DNA of 51,448 nucleotides from a virus (Duplodnaviria; Caudoviricetes): IMG/VR virus record IMGVR_UViG_3300012923_000003, positions 1 to 51,448 of that record; one strand, 5' to 3'. Shown piece by piece: positions 26,301 to 35,698 of this stretch (position 1 is its first letter; each line of letters starts with the position of its first letter). The notes under the pieces were generated by a model. It saw only the letters and a program-made list of their open reading frames with translations, ran no database searches and was not told where the DNA came from. The position numbers and the translations under genes were made by a program.

Positions 26301-28785
26301 CAGCTATCTCTGAGAATATTCTATTACCCTCGGTTAATTTAACATGAGCAAAGTAAGCTTCTACTTCAGGAAAACTAGGCGAACGATTATAGTATCTAAG
26401 ATAATGATCTTCGAGTTCACCGGGAGTTTTAAAGAAATAGCCTCGCTCTAGGGTATCTGGATCAGTAGCTTTGCGAGCATAGTCCAGAGTATCTGTAAAT
26501 TGTTTCCAGGTCTGTCGTTGCTTTAATGAGACTTTGTTAGCGATAGCTCTAGGCTTAGCACTCCAATAACCATAACTGACACCAGTAATAGGATCATTCT
26601 TATAATAGCCTGTTGCAATTGCTTCGATCTTAGATTGTTCATCTTTAGCCCATTGTTTAAATAAGTTCTGGGAATATACCGCAACCTTACGTTGAATAGA
26701 ATCATTCAAAGCTAAGGTATCATCTGCACCTCGCCATCTGCTTAACGCAGCTAATATTGGGTTTTGAGAAGTAGAAACCTTACTGGCACCTGCTCCTGTA
26801 AACAATCCTTTAGCATCTCTCTCAATCATATAATTACGAACTAGATCATCAGTCTCAATATATGGCTTAATAACCACAATCTTATAACCAAGACCTTGTT
26901 GTTCAACTACTGCTGGAGCTTTAGTAATCCTGGCATTAACTGCTTTGAGCGCTTCCTTATCTCGTTTAAGCAAAGCTCTTATGCCATCCTCACCACTGAC
27001 ATGCGATAAGATCTCAACCTTCTCTTCAGGAGTTTTAGCAACTCTAGCATTAGCTACATATTGTTTTAAGGCAGCTTCAGTTTCTGGAATAGACTTCTCT
27101 AATCTATTCTTAGTAGCTATATCAGTCTTACTCCCAACTAGTCGTTCTGGAATAGTCTGGACTCGGCCTTCGGCAGGAACTATCTTAGCTCCGCCAATGC
27201 CATGAAAATCTACGAAATTCTTAGCAACCTGTTCATTGGAGAATAGATCACCACCAATGTTAGATAGGTGAACCTCAGTATGAAAAGTATTAGTAATAGG
27301 CTCACGCTTAGGAGCAGAGAAATCTAAGATAGCCCCCTCTAAACCGGGGAACTGATCTTTAATAGTTGTGCCATAAGCACGTAGAGCATTCTCCATTTCC
27401 AAAGGAATGGGAGTTCTATTAACTCTGGCTGCAGTCAATGCAGTTTGTAGAATAGTATCAGCAGATTTAAGGAACCCATCTTGAAGACGAGTCATTTGCT
27501 CCCTGCTTAACGCGCCTGGACGAGAATAGTCATAGTCTCTAGCTAGGTTATCTAAGTCTAATCTAAAGTTAGATGGCAGCTTATCGACCATCTCTTGGAA
27601 GAAATCAGTTGTACCATTAAGAGTTTTATTTACTTTATCAGCAGTTCTGATTACCCCAGCTTCAACTGGATTGCCTGCACCTTCGGCAGCCGCAGCTTTA
27701 ATGGGAATATCTTTACCAGCTTGTGCAGCAGACTCCACGATATTCTTCACAGCCTGATTAGATCTATTCCAAATAGATACTTTACGAGTTAAAGCAAGAC
27801 CACCTTTTAAACCAGTAACAATATCTAATGGAGCTATCGCTGTGAAGGTACTATCAAGAAATCGCTGAGCAGAAGTAGTACCAACCAGGTAATCAGCAAA
27901 CTGTTTAGCCAGAGAAGGATTATCTTGACGTAAAGGATTGAGGATATTATCGACACGTAACTTGAAAGTCTCGAAGTCAGGTATCCGTAGTAGGACATCA
28001 GCTTGAGTCTTTAAGTTATTTCCTAATAGAAGACCAGCACCAAGAGTACCTCCAGCTTCAGGAACTAAGCCTCTCATCTTAGCTTCAGGATATATTTGAG
28101 TTAAGCTTTTAGCTTGATCAGCTAAATAAGGTAACCAGCCCTGTTCATGAACTTCTTGACCTAAGTTATCTTGCCAAGTACGGACATACTCCATCTTAGA
28201 CACCACAGCATTACCCTTATCTATTAAAGGTTGTACTTGTTCTGGAATATCTTTGACAGCCTGATCTAATACCGTATCTTTCATAGCAGCCGCAGCTTCA
28301 TGAATAGAACCTATGTAAGTTCTACCATAGTTCTCCTCTAATACCGAAGCAGGATCACTAGGTTTATTAGCAGGGTTAAAAGGATCTAAGATCTTTCTGA
28401 CATCAGTGTAATCTAGACCAGTGCCCTTCTGCCGAGCAGCATCTAGCAACATCTGTTGTTTCTGCTGAGCCTTCTGTTGATCTAAGTAAGCGGAGAATTC
28501 TTCTCGTATGCCAGGTTCCTCACCATGTAGAATGCGCATATAAACTTGAGCAGCATCCATTACACCGCTGTCACCAAAGGTGTAATTAAACTTATCTGCA
28601 CGTTGTTTAGCTATTGGTTGAGGCGGAGGATTAGCTGGACTAGCATCTACTGGAGCCAAACTAATCTGATTCTGTTCTGGAGCATCAGGCTCAGTAACAG
28701 AAATAGGACCCGGTATTGCCTGAGGCGCTGGCGCAGGGTCTTGATTATCAGAGTAGACAGTAATGGGATCTAGCTGTTGTGCCAT
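23395..28785 (-). CDS. Large internal virion (ejection) protein, 1796 aa
   Basis: Size and position typical of gp16-like ejectosome proteins. Confidence 0.75.
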   Translation of the reverse strand: MAQQLDPITVYSDNQDPAPAPQAIPGPISVTEPDAPEQNQISLAPVDASPANPPPQPIAKQRADKFNYTFGDSGVMDAAQVYMRILHGEEPGIREEFSAYLDQQKAQQKQQMLLDAARQKGTGLDYTDVRKILDPFNPANKPSDPASVLEENYGRTYIGSIHEAAAAMKDTVLDQAVKDIPEQVQPLIDKGNAVVSKMEYVRTWQDNLGQEVHEQGWLPYLADQAKSLTQIYPEAKMRGLVPEAGGTLGAGLLLGNNLKTQADVLLRIPDFETFKLRVDNILNPLRQDNPSLAKQFADYLVGTTSAQRFLDSTFTAIAPLDIVTGLKGGLALTRKVSIWNRSNQAVKNIVESAAQAGKDIPIKAAAAEGAGNPVEAGVIRTADKVNKTLNGTTDFFQEMVDKLPSNFRLDLDNLARDYDYSRPGALSREQMTRLQDGFLKSADTILQTALTAARVNRTPIPLEMENALRAYGTTIKDQFPGLEGAILDFSAPKREPITNTFHTEVHLSNIGGDLFSNEQVAKNFVDFHGIGGAKIVPAEGRVQTIPERLVGSKTDIATKNRLEKSIPETEAALKQYVANARVAKTPEEKVEILSHVSGEDGIRALLKRDKEALKAVNARITKAPAVVEQQGLGYKIVVIKPYIETDDLVRNYMIERDAKGLFTGAGASKVSTSQNPILAALSRWRGADDTLALNDSIQRKVAVYSQNLFKQWAKDEQSKIEAIATGYYKNDPITGVSYGYWSAKPRAIANKVSLKQRQTWKQFTDTLDYARKATDPDTLERGYFFKTPGELEDHYLRYYNRSPSFPEVEAYFAHVKLTEGNRIFSEIAEFRNRARIGTEQHQISVLGPGRTKASSVSGYFDGIQEKTMPHGKDNILIMGTRKGDEKLYNLQSRALNPQIWEKMEKDVASGARRVIRIYNPDEYPLKNFSDVAGAERIRYVLTDRVETKPLDFNHVTRRGGGHFEYDYEHYIKQAQIIPERAGSVANDKRTKYNDLYTGDQTVMPIDNRAKGRDIVRRMDAVRVLIRDNRIDEAKVLAERTLPIDWDKLHGWFNPKRDPQGNILPPRLSKTEPFYVVPKNRKIYDIDKSLEQRYPGTFRDGTREGSDAAQNRVAFNLQRDADEVGTITGGRDSSLWKYEPAKMVDPIPTMNRALNRAINSTYMDDYKIFAVEHWLREAGPYLKEDESSIRASPFWNFNLARDETAFKSGAPHDVVQKLLANRMKINQFVGVPNTFDTWIHSITQHLADTAYEKGGLTEKAAIIPLWALSHVHDPVRLLRSFAFNVKLGIFNPAQILVQAQTYASIVGIAGFRHGAGGTAGAFLHGWGNINRTPGFLTKLDEMATALNYGKAGDWLEANRLLRETGFEHVAGEYALNDNMQHKFIGNDWGNFLNAGQAFFRTGERSVRLGAWYTAYREFREIHPSGAISSAQRAEILQRADLLSTNMSRASSSQLHTGVLGLTTQFLTYQLRLSELMFSNRISGAARTRTAAIYAGLYGLPIATGLTGLPLYDVWRKEAIDRGYVMGQNWFTSAVMEGLPATLLALATGKGDLEKGNFYNIGPRYGIQGFNQFWSDNVWWKIMGGASVSIFANTINNTSPLALSMISWMRGNSKEMEHPFKVEDALDIFKEVSSINASWQVLTAMNTGRWLSKNEGYQGNISTLNALFQGATGLHNQKDDDAYQITNIRKAEEEYQKYTEKMVIKEIRRGLQDSSNLDQNQANEYMRRAFGRMEWSGMPLDMRADVLSKALNGYETQADQVNQYFATSKVPTKKWFQSDVPSTRLEQYRTKLLQENKP

Positions 28786-29357
28786 TAAACGTAAGGCCCT
28801 CCAAATCCAGTGTTACTACTTATATTCTTATAAGCTGCTCCAATAATTGGGCCTGCTTTAATTGCAGCACCGCCTAGAGATTGATAACCCTGGCCTGTAG
28901 CAGCCTGCCCACCAAGTAAAGCTGATCGACTTTGTAGTCCAGCAATCTGAATTCTCTTCTGACTTATGTCAGTATCAATGCCAAAGATGTTTCTGCCAAT
29001 TTCTAAATTCTGACTAATACCTAAAGCATTAACTCCACCTTCATCCGAGGCCGCAGCTAAGCCACCTTGTAAGCCTGAACCAAATTGAGCTCCTCCGGCA
29101 GTAGCACCGGCCACACTACGAGCTTGAGCTTGTTGAACATTACGAAAGTTTTGTAACTGCGCTCTATTAGCTTCTAATTCCATCTGTTGTTGTTTCTGAG
29201 CTTGAACTTGTTGTTCATCTCCAGCTATCTGGCCACTGACACTTGCTACCTGAGCACTTAGCTGTGCCTGTTGTTTGGCAGCACTAGCTTGTTCAGCTCC
29301 TCCGAAAAGAGATAATCCTAAACCAGCAAGACCTAAACCAATTGAAACAGGATCCAT
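28785..29357 (-). CDS. Internal virion protein (gp14-like)
   Basis: MDPVSIGLGLAGLG N-terminus; G/A/Q-rich; directly after the nozzle. Confidence 0.75.
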   Translation of the reverse strand: MDPVSIGLGLAGLGLSLFGGAEQASAAKQQAQLSAQVASVSGQIAGDEQQVQAQKQQQMELEANRAQLQNFRNVQQAQARSVAGATAGGAQFGSGLQGGLAAASDEGGVNALGISQNLEIGRNIFGIDTDISQKRIQIAGLQSRSALLGGQAATGQGYQSLGGAAIKAGPIIGAAYKNISSNTGFGGPYV

Positions 29358-31678
29358 CAGACGCCTTGATTAGCAGTTTCATAGAGTGCCCAACCTAGGA
29401 TATCAAAGGGTTGTCCATCTACTGAAGTTATTTTAATTTGTAATACCAAGCCATATCCTCGTAATCTATGTCTTCGAAATGCCATGCCGAAGTTAGGACT
29501 ATTAATATTTACTAACTGATTAACACTCCATTTGCCTGAATCTGTATTCAAAGGATAGTCCCATAAACTTTGAATGTAATAGGATACTGGCTGACCTAGT
29601 CTAGAGTATATATAGATGTAAGGTATTTGAAATCTACGTCCACCTTGTCCATGTAATTTATATCCAGTAGTAAAACTCGAGATATAATTACTACTTCCAC
29701 TAGAAGCCCAATCTACAAAGCTAGAATCATGTTCATCTGCAAAAGTATAACTGTAAGTTCCTGCTAATCGAGAACTAAAGTATTTAAGAACAGGAGGTGG
29801 AGAATTACTACCTCCGGGACCTTCAACATATATTACTCCGTGAATAAATGGAGTCCCTGTAATACTGTAGGGAAAGAAAGCTTTATTAACTACATTGTAA
29901 TTTAGAATACTATCAAATTGATAACGATCAGTTACTGATACTTCATTGACACTTTTGTATGTCCACTGAACTATATAATCTATCGGATGATACGCACCCT
30001 TAACAAACTTCTTACTTTGTAAAGGAATGTTATTATAAAAGGAAAGAATAGTTCCTACAGTTACCGGATTAACTTCCAGAGGATTAACATGTAATGGGCT
30101 ATTAAGAAGTTGAGTTCCTTGCTTAGCTGGTTCAACTTTGTAAATACCCTCTTCATTCCAAAACATTGGAAGACCTTGCACATCTACAAAAGATGCACTT
30201 GAAATACTTCGCACTGAAGAAAGCTTTACAATAGTATAGTCATCGGCTGCAAACCCTATTCCAGTACTACCAGTGAGATACCATACGCCATTGGCGGCAA
30301 ATACTAGCATAGCATTTTGAAGAGGAAATAGTTTATAAATACTTCCACAACCTTGTATTTTAATCACTCCACCATCAGTAGGAAGTAGATTAAATAGAGT
30401 AGAACTGGTTGGATCATTCTGTTGAAAACAAGATCCAAGATCACTACCACTTTGAACTATCTGAGAAAAGTAAATATTCTCAGTCCAAGTGTGATAAGTT
30501 GTTCCAACAAAGACACTACTGTCTGCTCCAGTATACCAAGCTCTACCTTGGAACCAAGCTCCAGTTCGGGGTCGTACTGTAGTTGTTACATCCGGCATTA
30601 AAGCTGGGTTAGTATTAATAAGACCAGCGCGTTGTTTATTAAATTCACTTAAGACAAAATGGCCTTTAGGTGCAGGATAGCTACCAGGAGTAACATTATT
30701 TAACGTAGTCTTAGGATCGAAGACATTAGAAGAATTTCGATAATTCCACCATACATCACTATTAGCTGGATAAGCTCCTACAGCATTATACCATTGTGCA
30801 ATATACCAATCGGTGGGATTGATGTTCCAACTAGAAAAGGTTCCGGCCCCAACCTTATTAACCATCTGAACAGTCAATACATTACCTACATAGGATATAA
30901 CTGATCCTGACATATTTGCAGTATTACCAGCCTCAACCATTGTGACAGAGTCACCAACCTGTATTGGTTGAGAAGAACTAGTAATTGTTATAGCAAAGGT
31001 AGCGGGAACACCAACTCCAAATGTTTGTGTGGAAACATCAGCCCAGAAGTGACCCCATCCTTGGTTCTCAAGATTATAAACATGAGATGCTGAGATTGGA
31101 GCTGGAGGACGAATATTATTAGCTATCAGAGGATTTTCTATTACCCCTTCAAAGTCTCGAGTTTTAATTGTTATTACATTACCAGTTATTACACCGGCTG
31201 AATACGTACAATAGAATGGATCACAGCTAGGGTGGAAGACTACCAGATAACCATTACCATCTGCGAATTGACATTCTACTGTCGGATCAAATGTTCCTCC
31301 AACTGCAACAAAAGAAGAAACAGAGACTGTGGAAGCTAACAAAGTAGTTGATAATGGCGCTGCTGCAGTAGCTGAACTTGATTTATAGAAGTATAGCGTA
31401 GCTCCTATCTGTTGAACTACAACTTGAGTAAGACTATCTCCACCTGCATTATTCCACTTATAGTTTGAAATAGCTTTATTAGTTCTATCTGTTAAAGCAG
31501 ATAATGAGAAGTTAGTTTCGAAATCAATGCCTTCTCGGCGTACAACATCTCCAACCAAGGTATAGGTACAATTGTTGGTATCGGTAGCTGCATTCTCCGG
31601 GAAGTTTAATCCGGTGAATTCAGTTACTAAGCCTTTAGTAAATGAATTTTCTACACTACTAAGAACTTGTTGGGGCAT
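29357..31678 (-). CDS. Tail nozzle / tail tubular protein B
   Basis: NSFTKGLVTE.T.L.FPENA...RREG; FQGRAWY; Q.NDPT...DGGVI; beta-rich; position. Confidence 0.85.
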   Translation of the reverse strand: MPQQVLSSVENSFTKGLVTEFTGLNFPENAATDTNNCTYTLVGDVVRREGIDFETNFSLSALTDRTNKAISNYKWNNAGGDSLTQVVVQQIGATLYFYKSSSATAAAPLSTTLLASTVSVSSFVAVGGTFDPTVECQFADGNGYLVVFHPSCDPFYCTYSAGVITGNVITIKTRDFEGVIENPLIANNIRPPAPISASHVYNLENQGWGHFWADVSTQTFGVGVPATFAITITSSSQPIQVGDSVTMVEAGNTANMSGSVISYVGNVLTVQMVNKVGAGTFSSWNINPTDWYIAQWYNAVGAYPANSDVWWNYRNSSNVFDPKTTLNNVTPGSYPAPKGHFVLSEFNKQRAGLINTNPALMPDVTTTVRPRTGAWFQGRAWYTGADSSVFVGTTYHTWTENIYFSQIVQSGSDLGSCFQQNDPTSSTLFNLLPTDGGVIKIQGCGSIYKLFPLQNAMLVFAANGVWYLTGSTGIGFAADDYTIVKLSSVRSISSASFVDVQGLPMFWNEEGIYKVEPAKQGTQLLNSPLHVNPLEVNPVTVGTILSFYNNIPLQSKKFVKGAYHPIDYIVQWTYKSVNEVSVTDRYQFDSILNYNVVNKAFFPYSITGTPFIHGVIYVEGPGGSNSPPPVLKYFSSRLAGTYSYTFADEHDSSFVDWASSGSSNYISSFTTGYKLHGQGGRRFQIPYIYIYSRLGQPVSYYIQSLWDYPLNTDSGKWSVNQLVNINSPNFGMAFRRHRLRGYGLVLQIKITSVDGQPFDILGWALYETANQGV

Positions 31679-31992
31679 TAATCCTGAATTTCTTTGATTT
31701 CTATATTCCTGGTCCTGAAATAATCTTCAACATGTCGCTTTAGGGCTGGAAAGGAAGTGAAGTTAACTTTTAAAGGTTGTGGTAAAACTCCTCCATTTCC
31801 ATATTGCAAAGACCAGAAACAAGTCTCTGGATCCATCTTGGCATGGAGATTATTCTCTCCACTAAATAGTCTAGTATCCACCATACCTGTACTATTCTTA
31901 GGTAGTTTATTATCAATTATACCAAGCTTAAATATTCGATCTCTAGATCGCATCTTAGTGGTATTAGGAATGTAGTAATTAGTATCAGCCAT
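31678..31992 (-). CDS. Hypothetical protein in the tail module
   Basis: Coupled ORF between adaptor and nozzle. Confidence 0.7.
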   Translation of the reverse strand: MADTNYYIPNTTKMRSRDRIFKLGIIDNKLPKNSTGMVDTRLFSGENNLHAKMDPETCFWSLQYGNGGVLPQPLKVNFTSFPALKRHVEDYFRTRNIEIKEIQD

Positions 31993-33124
31993 TAGAAGAA
32001 TCCCATCCTCTCATCTTAAAGTCACTAGCCCTACTTGTTATCATCCCGCCGCGTCTGCCGAAGTCAGGCAACTCATTAAAATAAGTTGGCCTATTAGTCA
32101 CCGATTTATTCTTCTGAATATTACTCCATCCTCGTTTAATTTCTTGTTCAGCTTTAGGATGAATAGATTGTTTAATTTCAAAGTAGGCTAAAGCCTTAGC
32201 TTCATTAAGTAGCAGAGTAAACTGTTCATCATCTAGATTAGGAATGAAACTATCCACCATCTGCCACTCCGGAACTATTCGGCCCCAACACATAGTTTTA
32301 CTAGTTTGAAGAATTGAGTCTTGAGTATTATCAAAAGCATCGAAAATAACATTGAAGTTACTTAAAATACAACAATGGGTAGGTTGACGATCTGTCTTAT
32401 AGTAGAAGGTATAAGATCCGGGAAAATTATTTACATTATTAGTAAATTGAAATGTTCCTACGTTAATCTCAGTCGGATTAAAAGTATTAACTCTTTCAAT
32501 AAATTGAGATATTGGCAGAATAGTTACATATTGATATCCCGGAATAGCTTGATTACTACTTGAAATAGCATTGATAAGCCAAGAGCTGAATGTTCCCGAA
32601 CCTTGTATTGAAGTTACATTAAGAATTAAAGTAGTGCCTGAATAGCTAGTTACATTGCCAGTCATAGAACTAGACCCAGATGTAGCTGTAGCCGTCTGTC
32701 CAGTCTTAATAGGTAAAGTACTTGAAGTTACTATAAATGTTTTAGAGCCTATACCAATAGTATTACTAGTCACAGAAGTTGTAGACCATAGCACTGTTGG
32801 TTTAATATCTACATTAATTCCATGGGCGGCCGTGGTAGTATTAACATTATCAAATATATTAGTATTAAAATACTTGATCCATTTGATTTCTGTTACACCA
32901 TCAGGAACAAACATCTCAACAGGAGATATAGAACTAAGTGAAGATTCTAATTGAATTAATTGATTATGTTCAGGAAGTTGAGTACGATTGACAATATCAT
33001 AATATTTATTCTTGATTATAGTAGCTATCTGTTGAGACTCAACATTATCTCCAATGCTATTGACTTCATCAGAAGACAAGGCACTTAAGACATTCTGAGT
33101 CATATCGAGTAAAGTCATTTGCAT
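31985..33124 (-). CDS. Tail adaptor / tail tubular protein A with an inserted beta domain
   Basis: MTLLDMTQNVLS.L.SDEVNSI.D..ES.QIA; FIPNLD...LLNEAK; PDFGR. Confidence 0.8.
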   Translation of the reverse strand: MQMTLLDMTQNVLSALSSDEVNSIGDNVESQQIATIIKNKYYDIVNRTQLPEHNQLIQLESSLSSISPVEMFVPDGVTEIKWIKYFNTNIFDNVNTTTAAHGINVDIKPTVLWSTTSVTSNTIGIGSKTFIVTSSTLPIKTGQTATATSGSSSMTGNVTSYSGTTLILNVTSIQGSGTFSSWLINAISSSNQAIPGYQYVTILPISQFIERVNTFNPTEINVGTFQFTNNVNNFPGSYTFYYKTDRQPTHCCILSNFNVIFDAFDNTQDSILQTSKTMCWGRIVPEWQMVDSFIPNLDDEQFTLLLNEAKALAYFEIKQSIHPKAEQEIKRGWSNIQKNKSVTNRPTYFNELPDFGRRGGMITSRASDFKMRGWDSSNG

Positions 33125-33125
33125 T

Positions 33126-33494
33126 TTAACGTCGTTTCCAAGCATTAATGCCAATATTACCTAACAAGAAGGTAAGTACAGCATAAGGTAAATAAGCCAC
33201 ACTATCTGGGTACTTCTCCACAATAAAGACTAAATCCGGATAGTGATGAACCACAATAGTATCCCAACCAATAATCATAGTCCAAGCTACCACAGGAAGA
33301 CAGACGGCATCGCGTAAGATACGGATGCCGAGATCATCGCTAGTATCATGAATTATTTGAGCAGAGACTTTAGCCTCTTCAACCTCAGTCTGTCGCATTC
33401 CAAGTTGAGTATCTTTGAACTTACCATAGATACTACTAACTGTATTAAACAGACCTTGTAGAATAGGACCTATAAATGGTATCCAGCCTAACAT
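33126..33494 (-). CDS. Holin-like membrane protein
   Basis: Multiple hydrophobic segments and a basic C-terminus; in the lysis cassette. Confidence 0.6.
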   Translation of the reverse strand: MLGWIPFIGPILQGLFNTVSSIYGKFKDTQLGMRQTEVEEAKVSAQIIHDTSDDLGIRILRDAVCLPVVAWTMIIGWDTIVVHHYPDLVFIVEKYPDSVAYLPYAVLTFLLGNIGINAWKRR

Positions 33495-33739
33495 CAATCG
33501 TCCTTATGTCCGTGTGCCAGGTAAGTTATAGCAGCAAGTGTAAATAAGAAAATTGGAAACCACAACGGCATTTCTACTTTCCCTAGATATGTTTGAACAG
33601 TAGGATCATTAAACATTCCATTTAACTGTGGGATAATTAATAAACCAGTAGCTGAAATTGCTTGAGCTTTAGCTAGTAGACGGGTTTGGCTTTGTAGCCA
33701 AAGGCGTTTAAACGCCGACTTTAGTTTTGAGATCTTCAA
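33494..33739 (-). CDS. Membrane protein (holin-like)
   Basis: Two hydrophobic helices; lysis cassette. Confidence 0.55.
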   Translation of the reverse strand: MKISKLKSAFKRLWLQSQTRLLAKAQAISATGLLIIPQLNGMFNDPTVQTYLGKVEMPLWFPIFLFTLAAITYLAHGHKDD

Positions 33740-33959
33740 TGTCAGTCTTTACAGCAGTAAGATCAGTTTGTATTCCTGCAGTAGCTTTGGGACCGAGCCA
33801 CCAGCCAAGACCACCGCCAATTATAAAAGCTATGACGGCAGAGATTAAAGCAGTCATATAAGAGACTCCATCTTCAAGTGTGTGAATAATATTAGTATCG
33901 GAAGGGACGGCAGCAGCTTGTGCCATGTATGTGTGAGCAACTGAAAGCATATCAGTCAT
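33708..33959 (-). CDS. Membrane protein in the lysis cassette
   Basis: One transmembrane helix and a coiled C-terminus. Confidence 0.55.
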   Translation of the reverse strand: MTDMLSVAHTYMAQAAAVPSDTNIIHTLEDGVSYMTALISAVIAFIIGGGLGWWLGPKATAGIQTDLTAVKTDIEDLKTKVGV

Positions 33960-34586
33960 TTATTTTCCTTTGTTTCTGAAGTAGTGAATTGCAACACCAA
34001 CTAACACTGCAACTACAACTGTAGCAATAATAATTGAAGTTTGATGTGTATGAAAATGTTGAGATATTGGGACCCCCGCTCCAAGAGTAGCAACTCCAAC
34101 GACAGGAGCTGTAATATTATCTTTCTTGCTTGCTAAGAATTTGCTGTACTCTCTAACTCCTGCAACACGTCTAGTCCAACCTTTACCAAATACTGGAAAG
34201 GTATGTAGACTACGCAGGAAAGCCATACGTTCGTCATTTATAGCATCTATGAGAGAAGTACCCGACAGAGATTTAAATCGCTGTAAAGCCTTCCTAGGTC
34301 GTCCTAGCCCACTATTAACGCCATAATCGAAACAGCTATAGTCAACACCAGAGGAAAGATTATCACAATCAAGAGCATCCCAATACTTGGATTTGTAAAT
34401 CTGTTTGGCATCTTCTACCCTCATATTCTTTACATCTAAAGCAGTTCCTCTAGGATTAATATACTTACGATAATCTGTTAAAGTAATACCAAAATTAGTA
34501 GGACCACCAGGATCAGCGGGGTGATTACTATAACCTCCTTCATCTTTAAGAAGTCGATTAAGACAATCGTCAAAATTAGATCTCAT
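33960..34586 (-). CDS. Endolysin, glycoside hydrolase family 108
   Basis: EGGYSNHPADPGGPTNFGIT, FDYGVNSG, FGKGWTRRV. Confidence 0.93.
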   Translation of the reverse strand: MRSNFDDCLNRLLKDEGGYSNHPADPGGPTNFGITLTDYRKYINPRGTALDVKNMRVEDAKQIYKSKYWDALDCDNLSSGVDYSCFDYGVNSGLGRPRKALQRFKSLSGTSLIDAINDERMAFLRSLHTFPVFGKGWTRRVAGVREYSKFLASKKDNITAPVVGVATLGAGVPISQHFHTHQTSIIIATVVVAVLVGVAIHYFRNKGK

Positions 34587-35698
34587 CTAATTCTCCTAGC
34601 TCTTATAATTCCAAAGACAGCCATTGTTGAAACCGTAAACCCGGCGTCCGCTACAGCAAATACCGTGGTAGTACCAGATAAACTTAACCGTCTTGGACCT
34701 GTATTAATACCTATAGTGCCTACTCCAGTGACTGCACCAGCAGTTGCGTACATATGTTCATTGTAATTTCCGGGCGCAGTATCAAGAGTAGCACTAGTTG
34801 TTGAAATAGAATTTATTAAAAATGTTATATTTGTTGATGCTGCTGGAGAGAAATACATTTGACAAGAAACATCCCAATCGCCTGCACCCAAACTAATACT
34901 AGTTAAATTTAAAGGTACAGCCGTTGTCAACGCTAACGCAGAGCCAGTAAGGACTGTTGAAGAAATAAACTCACCAACATTGCCTGCATTGGCATTATCA
35001 TTTGTTACAGTTCCTGCTATACCTCTACCACTAGTAGCAAAAGATATATCTCCTGCAGTTAAAGCCAAACTTGTTCCAGTAGCATTTCCTAATGCCGGTG
35101 TAGTTAAAGTTGGTGAACTTATTGCAGGTGAACTACTAAAGACAAAGTTACCTGTACCAGTAGCTCCAGTACTAGTTATTCCTTCTACAGTAGGATGCCC
35201 GGATATAACTGGCGTAGTAATGGTAGGTGTTGTTGCGCGAACTACCCCACCAGTACCTGTAGGTGCATTTACCCAAGCACCTGTTAGAGTACCTGTAGTA
35301 GTTACCGGAGAATTAGTTACAGTAAAATCTGCGGGCAAGGCTAGCCCAACTGAAGAAGTAGTATTACTCCACTGAGTAACAAAATCAGCATTACTTGTTT
35401 TAGTTAAAGCTTGAGCTGTAGTTCCTCCCGCGGGAATGGTTGAAATAGTTCCGCCACCTATAAAGCTACTTAAATCTTGTAGACGTAATGGGGAATTAGT
35501 TGAAGATGGTGCAGGAAGATTTAAAATCTGATTAGAATTCATATCTAAATCAGATGACATTTGATTAGGAGCCGTTCCATCCCTAGAAAGAGTATTGTCA
35601 AATGCAGTCTGAACTATACCACTATTAGCATTTATGGTATTTGCAGCCGTTGTGGCATCTATTAGACTTGCAACATTATTTAATGTAATCTTAGACAT
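34583..35698 (-). CDS. Tail fibre protein 2
   Basis: N-terminal LSRDGT.PNQM..LDMNSN.I.NLP anchor; T/G-rich shaft. Confidence 0.8.
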   Translation of the reverse strand: MSKITLNNVASLIDATTAANTINANSGIVQTAFDNTLSRDGTAPNQMSSDLDMNSNQILNLPAPSSTNSPLRLQDLSSFIGGGTISTIPAGGTTAQALTKTSNADFVTQWSNTTSSVGLALPADFTVTNSPVTTTGTLTGAWVNAPTGTGGVVRATTPTITTPVISGHPTVEGITSTGATGTGNFVFSSSPAISSPTLTTPALGNATGTSLALTAGDISFATSGRGIAGTVTNDNANAGNVGEFISSTVLTGSALALTTAVPLNLTSISLGAGDWDVSCQMYFSPAASTNITFLINSISTTSATLDTAPGNYNEHMYATAGAVTGVGTIGINTGPRRLSLSGTTTVFAVADAGFTVSTMAVFGIIRARRIR

